Shown here: positions 1-8,626 of the stretch, in pieces
Layout of the letters: each line of letters begins with the position of its first letter
Position numbering within the stretch: the first letter of the stretch is position 1
From: Candidatus Fervidifonticultor sextus
GTDB taxonomy: Bacteria > Sysuimicrobiota > Sysuimicrobiia > Sysuimicrobiales > Humicultoraceae
Assembly: GCA_031459875.1 (NCBI GenBank)
Contig: JAVKHQ010000010.1
Location: forward strand, 1 to 64,000
Reading direction: 5' to 3'
Length of the DNA stretch: 64,000 nt
Made by a program: the position numbers and the translations under genes
The notes under the pieces: model-generated
The model's database searches: none
Seen by the model: the letters and a program-made list of their open reading frames with translations, nothing else
What the model was told of the DNA's origin: nothing

Positions 1-13
1 CCCAGAAACTCAT
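1..13 (-). CDS. 5' end of a gene running off the window, probably the YgiT-type zinc-finger partner of the DUF4258 toxin
   Basis: AAAGGGAAAAGG-ATG AGT TTC TGG (MSFW...) directly after the DUF4258 stop; identity inferred only from the usual gene pairing. Confidence 0.4.
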
Positions 14-24
14 CCTTTTCCCTT

Positions 25-300
25 TCATGGTTTTGGTCTGTCTTCGTATACTGTAATCACACGTACTTTGCTCGTCTGGGTGATACGGCAAACGATTCCA
101 ATCGGGCGTCCGTCCAAAGCTGCACCGACTACTTCGTACTTACCTTCCTTCGAACAGGTTCTGCGAATCTTGCCTGTTAGAATACCTTGCTCCACATCGT
201 AAATGTCAAAACCATCAGCGGCAGATTCATCATTGGCGTATTCAGTCAGATAGTACAACCCATTGCAAACAAGATTCTGGATTTGCGCAATTTTGCTCAA
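25..300 (-). CDS. DUF4258 family putative toxin (integron cassette)
   Basis: YYLTEYANDE...GKYEVVG...GRPIGIVC...VRVITVYE pattern; low GC; lies downstream of an attC. Confidence 0.75.
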   Translation of the reverse strand: MSKIAQIQNLVCNGLYYLTEYANDESAADGFDIYDVEQGILTGKIRRTCSKEGKYEVVGAALDGRPIGIVCRITQTSKVRVITVYEDRPKP

Positions 301-334
301 GACCTGCTCAAAAAGGGTTTTTAGAACCCCCTAT

Positions 335-343
335 ATTGTAGCA
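335..343 (-). promoter_or_regulatory. extended -10 promoter (TGCTACAAT) internal to the toxin cassette
   Basis: TGnTACAAT on the minus strand between attC R' (363) and the ORF start (300). Confidence 0.55.
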
Positions 344-362
344 CGAGTTACGCTGTGTATGC

Positions 363-458
363 GCCCAACGACCCAGCTCAGCCGCGGCGGGGCGCCGGAG
401 AGCTACGGGTCGCAGAAACGAATCATGCCCCGCCGTCGGCTGCAGCGCTTGGTTCGGC
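363..458 (-). mobile_element. integron attC site 1 (96 bp)
   Basis: minus strand GCCGAAC-CAAGCGCTGCAGCCGACGGCGGGG...CCCCGCCGCGGCTGAGCTGGGTC-GTTGGGC: R''/R' cores and imperfect palindrome. Confidence 0.9.
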
Positions 459-881
459 GTTCCTTGTGTGCCCAAGCTGTGACAACCCGGACAGGTTGTC
501 CCACTCGGCCCATGCCTCCACAATCAGCCCGCCAGCCAACCGATAGATGGCTAGGTAGTCCGCCGCCAGCACCCGTCCGGACGGTGGGTGTGGCCCCATC
601 GGCCCGGTCTGCGTGCCCCGGAACGAATGTCGCGCCGCCACTCGGTCGCCCTCGGCTACCAGGTCGGCGATTTCCTCGCGGGCGTCGGGGAACGTTTCAA
701 ACTCCCCCTGTAGAAACCGCACCAAGTCGTCTCGGCTACGAACCCCGGGCGAGCCGCCCGCGTGGCTGTGGCGGATAAAGTTGGGGGCAACCAACTCGGC
801 GAGGCGGCTCCAGTCCTGTGCGTTGATCGCCGCAACGAAAGCCCGCACGACCGCCTTATTCCGCTCCACATCGCCCAACAC
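423..881 (-). CDS. SnoaL-like / ester cyclase family protein (integron cassette)
   Basis: NKAVVRAF...FPDA...DLVAEGDRVAAR..FRGTQTG..G.HPPSGR; stop codon lies inside attC1. Confidence 0.9.
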   Translation of the reverse strand: MLGDVERNKAVVRAFVAAINAQDWSRLAELVAPNFIRHSHAGGSPGVRSRDDLVRFLQGEFETFPDAREEIADLVAEGDRVAARHSFRGTQTGPMGPHPPSGRVLAADYLAIYRLAGGLIVEAWAEWDNLSGLSQLGHTRNAEPSAAADGGA

Positions 882-895
882 TGATGCCCTCCCCC

Positions 896-959
896 GCCGA
901 ACGGCTCGCGCTTCAGCGGCGCGAGCGAAGCGAGCGTCCGCTGCAAGCGCTGGTTAGGC
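896..959 (-). mobile_element. integron attC site 2 (64 bp)
   Basis: minus strand GCCTAAC-CAGCGCTTGCAGCGGACGCTCGCTTCGCTCGCGCCGCTGAAGCGCGAGCC-GTTCGGC. Confidence 0.93.
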
Positions 960-1002
960 GCCATTCTCCCTGTAATGAGGCTGGCCAGTATTGACACTTC
1001 AG

Positions 1003-1254
1003 CTATGCCGCTAGAGTACTGGCGAGCGCTTCCAGTTCCGACGAACTTGGTCGCCCAACCAGTACAATCTTGCCGTCCACGACGAGCGAAGGCACAGCGC
1101 GAACGCCATAGGATGCTGCCAACTGGCAACATGAGCCGTCCACGCACTCGGATTGACGATGGACGATGATTGGCAAGTTGGGAAAAGCGCTGTACAGCAA
1201 GTCGAGAGTTGAATTGCACAACTTGCATTCAGCACTGAAGAATTCGATTTTCAT
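1003..1254 (-). CDS. small thioredoxin/glutaredoxin-like protein (integron cassette)
   Basis: CKLC motif, YGVRAVPSLVVDGK cis-Pro motif; RBS GAGGTG; low GC. Confidence 0.85.
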   Translation of the reverse strand: MKIEFFSAECKLCNSTLDLLYSAFPNLPIIVHRQSECVDGSCCQLAASYGVRAVPSLVVDGKIVLVGRPSSSELEALASTLAA

Positions 1255-1337
1255 TTTTCACCTCACTATGCAGAGTATATCGCTGTCAAGTCGGGCCGTC
1301 CCATACTGATATGCGGCATCGCGTGAATGTCACGGCG

Positions 1338-1417
1338 GCCTAACGGCTTGCGTTTCAGCCGCCCGCGTAGCGGAGCGAAGCGAAGCGGAGCGGATCGGCT
1401 GGAAACGCTTGTTAGCC
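1338..1417 (-). mobile_element. integron attC site 3 (80 bp)
   Basis: minus strand GGCTAAC-AAGCGTTTCCAGCCGATCCGCTCCGCTTCGCTTCGCTCCGCTACGCGGGCGGCTGAAACGCAAGCC-GTTAGGC. Confidence 0.93.
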
Positions 1418-1422
1418 CGCAC

Positions 1423-1470
1423 TTAAAAAGGTAAATCATCTTCCACTTCAATTGGGTGCAGTGATACACG
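1423..1470 (-). pseudogene. 3' remnant of a truncated cassette gene ending ...HPIEVEDDLPF*
   Basis: short AT-rich coding tail whose TAA lies 5 bp from attC3; no matching 5' part. Confidence 0.6.
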
Positions 1471-1597
1471 GCGAGCTTCGCAGTCTAGCACCTGTTGCCG
1501 TTCTCTCCGTCCGAACCTGTGGGCCCTGCCCGTGTTCTGCCCGGGCGAGTTCGTTCGCATCGCGAGCCTTGCAGCAATCGGAGCGCCTCCTCGACCT

Positions 1598-1624
1598 ATT
1601 GTAAATACTGCATACATCTGTCAA
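1598..1624 (-). promoter_or_regulatory. sigma70-like promoter pointing into the cassette array
   Basis: TTGACA-N15-TACAAT on the minus strand (spacer shorter than optimal). Confidence 0.5.
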
Positions 1625-1686
1625 CCCGCGGCTCGCTCCGCCGCACCGCCCTGGCGGACGGCCTCGGGCGCGCGAGCCTGCCAGGA

Positions 1687-2673
1687 TCAGGGCACCATCA
1701 GGTACTGGAGCCTGAACGGTGCGCCCGGCCCAGGCACGATGTCGGCGGGACCCGGCAGCCAGACGCGCAGGCGATGGCCCGTCCACCCCAGCAGGCCCCT
1801 GAGAAGCCCCTCGGTCCCGTACTCCACCACGCGGGCCTCCCGGAGGCCGGCCCGTCTGAGGGCTTCTGCGACCGCCTCCGGCAGGTGGCCGAGGATGTCC
1901 ACCAATCCCAGACGATGCGCCTGCTGGCCGGTGTAGACCCGACCGTCGGCCAGGCGGCGCACCCTGGCGGGGTCCATGCGGCGTCCCTGCGCCACGATGC
2001 CCACGAAGCGCTCGTAGGCCTCGTCCACCAGTCTCTGGAAGATGGCGGCCTCGGCGGGCGTCATGCGGCGGGTGGGATTCCCCAGGTCCTTGAATGCGCC
2101 GCTTTTGAACACCACAGTCCGGATGCCGATCTTGCGGCCGAGTTCCTCGATGTTGGGCAGCGCGACGATCACCCCGATGCTGCCCGTGATCGTCGTCGGA
2201 TCGGCCACAATGGAGTCAGCGCCTGCGGCGATGTAGTAGCCTCCCGATGCCGCCGTCTCGGTCATCAGCGCCACGACGGGCTTGCCGGCGCGTCGCACCG
2301 CGGTGACCTTGCGGTGGATCTCGTCGCTGGCCACGATCGATCCGCCGGGGGTGTCCAGTTCCAGGATCACCGCCCTGGCTTCCGGATCCTGCTGGGCGCG
2401 GTCGAGCAACTGCACGATCCGCCGGCTGGCCGCGCCGCCGAAGAAGGGACCGACGCCTTCTTCCCGCGTGAGCGGGCCGATCACCCGGACCACGACGATC
2501 TTGTCCGGCCCCCCGCCGCTGATGTGTCGCTCCGGCGGACCGGCCGACCACGACGCGGCCGCGCCGGCCGCGGCCCCGGCCGCGAAGCCGACCAGACCCC
2601 CTGTCAGCGCAGCGCCGGCGAGGGCGACGGCAGCCAGGACCACCCCAAGCGTTGCGGCGACAATCTGTTTCAT
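1687..2673 (-). CDS. sppA: signal peptide peptidase SppA (36K type, S49)
   Basis: DTPGG, AASGGYYIA, TITGSIGV, KSGAFKD, GRVYTGQQA motifs; N-terminal TM segment. Confidence 0.95.
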   Translation of the reverse strand: MKQIVAATLGVVLAAVALAGAALTGGLVGFAAGAAAGAAASWSAGPPERHISGGGPDKIVVVRVIGPLTREEGVGPFFGGAASRRIVQLLDRAQQDPEARAVILELDTPGGSIVASDEIHRKVTAVRRAGKPVVALMTETAASGGYYIAAGADSIVADPTTITGSIGVIVALPNIEELGRKIGIRTVVFKSGAFKDLGNPTRRMTPAEAAIFQRLVDEAYERFVGIVAQGRRMDPARVRRLADGRVYTGQQAHRLGLVDILGHLPEAVAEALRRAGLREARVVEYGTEGLLRGLLGWTGHRLRVWLPGPADIVPGPGAPFRLQYLMVP

Positions 2674-2917
2674 CTCAGTCTCCCTCCTGGAACGGGCATC
2701 TGGCCTGGATGGTAAAGACCTCTCCCCTTACTTCGCCGGAGAGCCGCCGGGCCATTGCGCACCACCACATGCGGCACCATCGCAGCCCCCAGGGGTAACA
2801 GCGGCCGCCTCGTCCAGGTCGGACCCGATTGACCCCCTTGGCCTGATCGGGTAGCGTATCTCGCGTGGGTGCGCGGTTCATCGCGGATTCCCCCATCTGG
2901 CCATCGGAAGGCCCCGG

Positions 2918-5683
2918 GTGACGTTCCTGCTCGGGCTCGTTCCCCTGATCGCCATCGCGGCGGCCCCGTGTTGCTCGATCCTGGCGGGACGCCTCCGGAT
3001 GCACCCCGGCTGGATCGCGGCGCCCGTCCCGGCTGGCCTGGTGATCCTGCTGGTCTTTCTGGCCGCGCCGGCCTGGGAGGGGCAGGCCCTGCGGCTGTCG
3101 GCCACCTGGTTTCCGGACCTCGGCATTCGCTACGCGCTGACCTTTGACGGCCTCTCGCTGCTGTTCGGCCTCCTGATTGCCGGAGTCGGACTCCTCATCG
3201 TGCTCTATTCGGTGGGGTACATGGCGCCCGGGCCGCAACTGGGCCGGTTCTATGCCCACATGCTGCTCTTCATGGGCGCGATGCTCGGGGTCGTGCTCGC
3301 TGACGATCTCGTCCTGCTCTACATCTTCTGGGAACTCACGAGCCTGGCGTCGTTCTTCCTGATCGGGTATCACGACGAAGACCCCGGCGCCCGGGCCGGC
3401 GCCACCCAGGCTCTCATCGTCACGGTCGCCGGCGGGGTGGCGATGCTGGCCGGGTTCGTGCTGCTGGCGCAGGTCGGCGGGACCTGGCAGATCAGCGGGT
3501 TGAGGGCGCAGACAGGGGCTGTCGCCTCCGACGGCCGCGTTCCCGCGATCCTCCTGCTGATCCTGGCCGGCGCGTTTGCCAAGTCCGCGCAGATCCCCTT
3601 CCAGTTCTGGCTGCCGTCGGCGATGGTGGCGCCGACGCCGGTCTCCACCTACCTGCACGCGGCCACCATGGTGTGGGCCGGCGTCTACCTGCTGGCGCGC
3701 ATGCTGCCGGTCCTCGGCGGGCACGTGTGGTGGACCGGCATCGTGACGCCGGTCGGCCTTGCGACGGTGCTCGTCGGCGCCGGGCTGGCCCTGACCCAGA
3801 CCCACCTGAAGGCGCTGCTGGCCTACTCGACGGTGGGGGCGCTCGGCCTGGCCACGGCCCTGCTGGGTTCCGGGACGCCCGAGGCCGTCGCCGCCGCGGC
3901 GGTGCTCGTGCTCAACCATGCCGCGTTCAAGGGCACGCTCTTCCTGGTCGCCGGGATCGTCGAGCACGAGACCGGCGCCCGGGAACTGTACCGGCTCAGC
4001 GGGCTGCGCCGCGGGATGCCGATCACCTTCGGCCTGGCGGCGGTGGCGACGCTGTCCATGGCCGGGATCCCGCCGCTGGGCGGGTTCCTGAGCAAGGAAG
4101 TGGCGGTCGAGGCCTTCCTGCCGCGGTCCTGGCTGGCCGCCGGGATCGTGGTCCTCTCCGGCGCACTCTCGCTGGCCTACGGGGCCAGATTCATGCAGAT
4201 CTTCTTCGGACCCGCCGCGGCGGCGCAACCGGGCGGTCGCCGCCGCGGCGCGAAGCGTGCCGCTCTTGAGACAGTATCCGCCGGGACCCACGATCCGACC
4301 TTGCTCCTGTGGCTACCGGCGGCCGCGCTGGCCCTGCTGGCCCCTCTCTTCGGCCTGGCACCCGGCGTGGTGGAGCGCCTGGCCGGTCTGGCGACGGCGG
4401 CCGTCACCGGGGCGCCCCACGCGGTCCGCCTGTGGCACGGCCCGACGGTCCAGGCCGTCGCCGCCACCGTCGCGTCGGCCGCCATGGGGGCCGCCCTCTT
4501 CGCGGCGCAGGATCGGGCGGAGCGCCTCCGGGAGGGGCTGCCGTGGCTGAGCGCGGGGCGCCTCTACGACGCGCTCTACGCCGGCACGCTGCGGACAGCC
4601 GCCCGGCTCACGTCCCTCTACATGACCGGAAGGCTACGGGACTATCTCCTCTACATCACCGGTGCCACCGTCGTCCTGATCGTGGTGGGCCTCGCGCGCA
4701 CCGGAATCGCCGCACCGCTGTGGCCCCAGGGCCTCCAGGTGGGGCCGGCCACCGCCGTGCTGGTGGCCATCGGCGCGGCGCTCGCCGCGGCCCGGCAGCC
4801 GGTGCTGGTGGCCGCGGTCCTGGCCCTGGGGGTGGCGGGCTACACCGTCGGCCTGATCTACCTGCTGTTGTCCGCGCCGGACATCGCCATGACGCAGGTG
4901 GTCATCGAGACGGTCTCGCTGGTGCTCTTCCTGGTAGCCATCACCGCGCTGGGCCGCAGCGACGCCGGCCACCCGCCGCGCCGGCCTGGCCCCGACGGCC
5001 TCATCGCGGTGGCCGCCGGTGCCGTCAGCGCGGTGCTGGCCGCCGTGGTCGCCTCCCCCTCGGCCCTGCCCCGTGTCTCCGAGGCGTTCTTCGCCCATGC
5101 GGCCGAGGCTGGCGGGAGGAACGTCGTCAACCTGGTGATCGTGGACTTCCGCGGATGGGACACCATGGGCGAAATCACCGTGCTTGGGATCGCGGCCGTG
5201 GGAATCATGGCCCTGGCCCCCTGGAGGAGACGAGCCCGGGGCGTGCCGGCGTCGCCGGGCGGGAGCCGCAAGAATTCGGGCCCCGAGCCGCCGATGACCT
5301 CGCTGATCCTGCGCACTGTTGCCACGGTCGCCTCACCGGCCATCGTGCTCTTCGCCCTGACGCTGTGGGCCACCGGCCACTACAGTCCAGGAGGCGGATT
5401 TGTGGCCGGCCTGATGGTGGCGGCGGCCGTCGCCCTGCGGGCGCAGGCCTTCGGCGCGCACCTGCTGGCGCGCCGGTGGGACCGGTTGATGGCCTTCGGG
5501 CTGCTGCTGGCCGGCGGATCGGCCGCGGTCCCGCTGGTCGCGGGGAAGCCGCTGCTCCAGCACACCCTGCTTGCGGTGGGGTCGGCGAAGTTCGCCTCAT
5601 CGCTGATCTTCGACGCGGGAGTCCTGTGCCTGGTGGCCGGGACGGTGCTGGCGGCGGTGCGCTCGCTGGTGGAGGCGGCCTGA
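2918..5683 (+). CDS. mrpA: Mrp Na+/H+ antiporter subunit A (MrpA-MrpB fusion)
   Basis: KSAQIPFQFWLPSAMVAPTPVSTYLHAATMV, NVVNLVIVDFRGWDTMGE, C-terminal MrpB GHYSPGGGFVAGL. Confidence 0.95.
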   Translation: MTFLLGLVPLIAIAAAPCCSILAGRLRMHPGWIAAPVPAGLVILLVFLAAPAWEGQALRLSATWFPDLGIRYALTFDGLSLLFGLLIAGVGLLIVLYSVGYMAPGPQLGRFYAHMLLFMGAMLGVVLADDLVLLYIFWELTSLASFFLIGYHDEDPGARAGATQALIVTVAGGVAMLAGFVLLAQVGGTWQISGLRAQTGAVASDGRVPAILLLILAGAFAKSAQIPFQFWLPSAMVAPTPVSTYLHAATMVWAGVYLLARMLPVLGGHVWWTGIVTPVGLATVLVGAGLALTQTHLKALLAYSTVGALGLATALLGSGTPEAVAAAAVLVLNHAAFKGTLFLVAGIVEHETGARELYRLSGLRRGMPITFGLAAVATLSMAGIPPLGGFLSKEVAVEAFLPRSWLAAGIVVLSGALSLAYGARFMQIFFGPAAAAQPGGRRRGAKRAALETVSAGTHDPTLLLWLPAAALALLAPLFGLAPGVVERLAGLATAAVTGAPHAVRLWHGPTVQAVAATVASAAMGAALFAAQDRAERLREGLPWLSAGRLYDALYAGTLRTAARLTSLYMTGRLRDYLLYITGATVVLIVVGLARTGIAAPLWPQGLQVGPATAVLVAIGAALAAARQPVLVAAVLALGVAGYTVGLIYLLLSAPDIAMTQVVIETVSLVLFLVAITALGRSDAGHPPRRPGPDGLIAVAAGAVSAVLAAVVASPSALPRVSEAFFAHAAEAGGRNVVNLVIVDFRGWDTMGEITVLGIAAVGIMALAPWRRRARGVPASPGGSRKNSGPEPPMTSLILRTVATVASPAIVLFALTLWATGHYSPGGGFVAGLMVAAAVALRAQAFGAHLLARRWDRLMAFGLLLAGGSAAVPLVAGKPLLQHTLLAVGSAKFASSLIFDAGVLCLVAGTVLAAVRSLVEAA

Positions 5684-5997
5684 TGGCGGCCGCCGTGGCC
5701 CTGCTGGTCGGCGTGCTCGTGGCGACCGGGCTCTACCTGCTGCTGGGCCGGTCGCTGCTGCGACAGATCATCGGGCTCGCGCTGCTCTCGCACGCGGCGA
5801 ACATCATGCTGCTGCTGTCCGCCGGGCTGCGGGGCGGCGTGCCGGTGATCGGCGCGAGCGCGACGCCGACGGACCCCCTGCCACAGGCCCTCATCCTCAC
5901 GGCGATCGTCATCTCATTCGGCATCACCGCGTTCCTGCTGGCCCTGGGCTACCGGATGCACCTCTTCGAGGGCGGGGAGGACCGGGATGATGGCTAG
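5683..5997 (+). CDS. mrpC: Mrp antiporter subunit C
   Basis: DPLPQALILTAIVISFG; ATG overlaps the mrpA TGA. Confidence 0.95.
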   Translation: MAAAVALLVGVLVATGLYLLLGRSLLRQIIGLALLSHAANIMLLLSAGLRGGVPVIGASATPTDPLPQALILTAIVISFGITAFLLALGYRMHLFEGGEDRDDG

Positions 5998-7447
5998 CCT
6001 GGCCGCCGCGCTGCCGGCCCTGCCGGTCCTGGTGCCGCTGCTCACCGCCATTCCCCTGCTGGTGGGGCCGCGGCGGCGGGTGCAGCGCCTCCTCGGGGTG
6101 AGCGGCAGCGTAGCAACCCTCGGCGCCGCCGTCGCGCTCGTGGCGCTGACCCGAAATGGACGGGTCATGGCGATCCAGGCCGGAGGCTGGCCGGCGCCGT
6201 TCGGGATCACGCTGGTCGCCGACTCGCTCGCCGCGCTGATGGTGCTGATCGCCGCGGTGATCGGGCTGGTGGGCCTGCTGTTCACCGTCGCCGCCGGCCG
6301 GGACGACCGGTTCGTCCACGCCGGGTGGCAGTTTCTGCTGGCGGGCATCGACTGGGCGTTTATCACCGGCGACGTCTTCAACCTCTACGTCGCCTACGAG
6401 GTCATGCTCATGGCCTCCTACTTCCTGCTGACCCACGGGACCTCCCGACGGCGGGCACGGGAGGCGTTCGGTTACGTGGCGATCAACCTGGTCGCCTCGA
6501 TGTTCTTCCTGTTCGGGGTGGCGCTGATCTACTCCGCGACCGGCACGCTCAACATGGCCCACCTGACGGAGCGGGTCCCTCAGGCGCCGGCGGGACCCGT
6601 GCGCGCCGGCGCCGGGATGCTGCTGGTCGCTTTCGGGATCAAGGCCGCGATCTTCCCCCTCTACTTCTGGCTGCCGCACACCTACGCGATCCCGCCCGGG
6701 GGGATCGCCGCGTTCTTCGGCGGGATGCTCACCAAGGTGGGTGTGTACTCGCTGTTCCGGGTCTTCACCATCGTCTTCCCCAGCGACGGCCCGAACGTGG
6801 TGCTGCTGTGGTCGGCGGGCGGGACGATGCTCTTCGGGGTGCTGGGCGCCCTCGCCCAGGACGACATCCGGCGCATTCTCTCCTTCCACATCATCAGCCA
6901 GGTCGGCTATATGATCATGGGGCTGGCGCTGTGGAGCCAGTGGGGGATCGCCGGAGGGATCTTCTACGTGTTGCACCACATCATCGTGAAATCCGGACTC
7001 CTGCTGGTCGGCGGGGCCATCGAGGAGACTCACGGGACCGGCCGGCTCGACCGGCTCGGCGGCCTGGCGCGGACCAACGGCCTCCTGGCCATGGTGTTCG
7101 TCTTCTGCGCCCTGTCCCTGGCCGGGGTCCCGCCGTTCTCCGGCTTCTGGGCGAAACTCCTGGTCATCCGCGCCGGCCTGGCCATCGGCCAGTACGCCGT
7201 CGTGGCCGTGAGCATCCTCGTCAGCGTGCTCACGCTGTTGTCCATGCTCAAGATCTACACGACGGTCTTCTGGGGACCCGGGACGCCAGCCAGGGTGCCG
7301 GCCCGCCTGATCGTTCCGGCCGCCCTGCTGGCCGCGATCACGGTGGCCGTCGGGCTGCAGCCGTGGGGCCTCTATGCCCTGACGTCCGTCGCCGCCACGC
7401 ACCTGGTCGAACCCGCCCGGTACATCGAGGCGGTGCTGAGGAAGTAG
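5987..7447 (+). CDS. mrpD: Mrp antiporter subunit D
   Basis: GDVFNLYVAYEVMLMASY, KAAIFPLYFWLP, TKVGVY. Confidence 0.95.
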   Translation: MMASLAAALPALPVLVPLLTAIPLLVGPRRRVQRLLGVSGSVATLGAAVALVALTRNGRVMAIQAGGWPAPFGITLVADSLAALMVLIAAVIGLVGLLFTVAAGRDDRFVHAGWQFLLAGIDWAFITGDVFNLYVAYEVMLMASYFLLTHGTSRRRAREAFGYVAINLVASMFFLFGVALIYSATGTLNMAHLTERVPQAPAGPVRAGAGMLLVAFGIKAAIFPLYFWLPHTYAIPPGGIAAFFGGMLTKVGVYSLFRVFTIVFPSDGPNVVLLWSAGGTMLFGVLGALAQDDIRRILSFHIISQVGYMIMGLALWSQWGIAGGIFYVLHHIIVKSGLLLVGGAIEETHGTGRLDRLGGLARTNGLLAMVFVFCALSLAGVPPFSGFWAKLLVIRAGLAIGQYAVVAVSILVSVLTLLSMLKIYTTVFWGPGTPARVPARLIVPAALLAAITVAVGLQPWGLYALTSVAATHLVEPARYIEAVLRK

Positions 7448-7777
7448 ATGCTGCGCCGCGCCTGGTCAGGGTTCCTCTGGCTCGTAACGTTCGTCGCCCA
7501 GAACGTCGCGGCGAACCTCACGGTGGCCGGCCTGGTCCTGCGCCCCTGGAAGCCGGTCCGCTCGGGCGTCGTCCGGCTGCCGCTCGACCTCACGACCGCC
7601 GCCGGCATCACGATGCTGGCCCACTCGATCACCCTCGTCCCCGGCACCATGACCGTGGATGTGGCCCCGGATCGTTCCTACCTGCTGGTGCACGTGCTGG
7701 CGCTGGATGATCCCCAGGCCACCGTGGAAGAGATCAAGCGGACGCTGGAGCGCCCGATCCAGGGGCTACTGGAATGA
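7448..7777 (+). CDS. mrpE: Mrp antiporter subunit E (short form)
   Basis: LAHSITLVPGT..VD...LLVHVL; operon position. Confidence 0.9.
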   Translation: MLRRAWSGFLWLVTFVAQNVAANLTVAGLVLRPWKPVRSGVVRLPLDLTTAAGITMLAHSITLVPGTMTVDVAPDRSYLLVHVLALDDPQATVEEIKRTLERPIQGLLE

Positions 7778-8043
7778 CGGCCGCCGCGACGGGCATCGCG
7801 CTGGCGATGCTGACCCTGGCCATGGCGCTGGGGCTGGTGCGCCTGGTCCGCGGGCCGCACCTTGGGGACCGCATCGTCGCCGGCGATACGACCGCGCTCT
7901 TCCTGATCAACCTGGTCACGGTCCTGGGGATCCGGGCCGGCACCGGGCTGTACGCGGACGTCGCGGCGGTCGTCGCCATCCTGGGCTTTATCGGGACGGT
8001 CGCCGCCGCCCGCTTCCTCCGGGGGACGCGTCCATTTGAGTGA
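7774..8043 (+). CDS. mrpF: Mrp antiporter subunit F
   Basis: RLVRGPHLGDRIVAGD, LGFIGTVAAARF. Confidence 0.92.
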   Translation: MTAAATGIALAMLTLAMALGLVRLVRGPHLGDRIVAGDTTALFLINLVTVLGIRAGTGLYADVAAVVAILGFIGTVAAARFLRGTRPFE

Positions 8044-8362
8044 CCTGATCGCCGCCCTGATCCTGCTCGCGGGGTCGAGCCTCTCGCTCATCGCGGCCCT
8101 GGGCCTGCACCGGTTCGCCGACGCCTACGCGCGGCTGCACGCGACAACCAAGTCGGCGACCCTGGGCCTGGGACTCGTGCTGACCGCGGCCGTCCTGACC
8201 CACGGGACGAACGGGCGCGAGATCCTCACCCTGCTCTTCGTCCTGCTGACCTCGCCGGTGGGGGCGCACATGGTCTCCAAAGCCATGTACGAGTCCGGCT
8301 ACCGGCCGTGGGAGCGGGGGAGCCGTCCCGCAGACGGACGCACGCGCCGTCCCGGACCGTAG
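8036..8362 (+). CDS. mrpG: Mrp antiporter subunit G
   Basis: RF.DAYARLHATTKSATLG, LTSPVGAHM. Confidence 0.92.
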   Translation: MSDLIAALILLAGSSLSLIAALGLHRFADAYARLHATTKSATLGLGLVLTAAVLTHGTNGREILTLLFVLLTSPVGAHMVSKAMYESGYRPWERGSRPADGRTRRPGP

Positions 8363-8485
8363 CGATCCCGGGTCGGCATGGAGGGCAGGGCAGCGGGATG
8401 CCCGGGTCAGCGGCCGGGCGGCTTCCCAAAACAGTCGAGGTGGTCGTCGGTGCGCCGCCCCGCCGATATGGTAGCATCATGTGCT

Positions 8486-8575
8486 GGAGGAGTTCGGGAG
8501 CCCGGTACCCGGACGGTCTCGAAAACCGTTGGGCGCATCCGCGCCTCGTGGGTTCAAATCCCACCTCCTCCGCCA
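8486..8575 (+). tRNA. tRNA-Ser(CGA)
   Basis: acceptor GGAGGAG/CTCCTCC-G-CCA, anticodon arm ACGGT-CTCGAAA-ACCGT, long variable arm, GTTCAAATC T-loop. Confidence 0.95.
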
Positions 8576-8626
8576 CCGCTTTTCGAGGGATACGAGACGC
8601 CAATTCCAGACCGGCCCGACGGTATG

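Noticed and set aside
363..1417. Repeated palindromes as possible CRISPR repeats, REP elements or terminators
   Set aside because: They differ in length and sequence, are spaced by whole genes, lack U-tracts and carry attC R''/R' cores.
1495..2715. 406-aa plus-strand ORF at the position where intI would be expected
   Set aside because: It is the antisense shadow of sppA and has no tyrosine-recombinase R-H-R-Y motifs.
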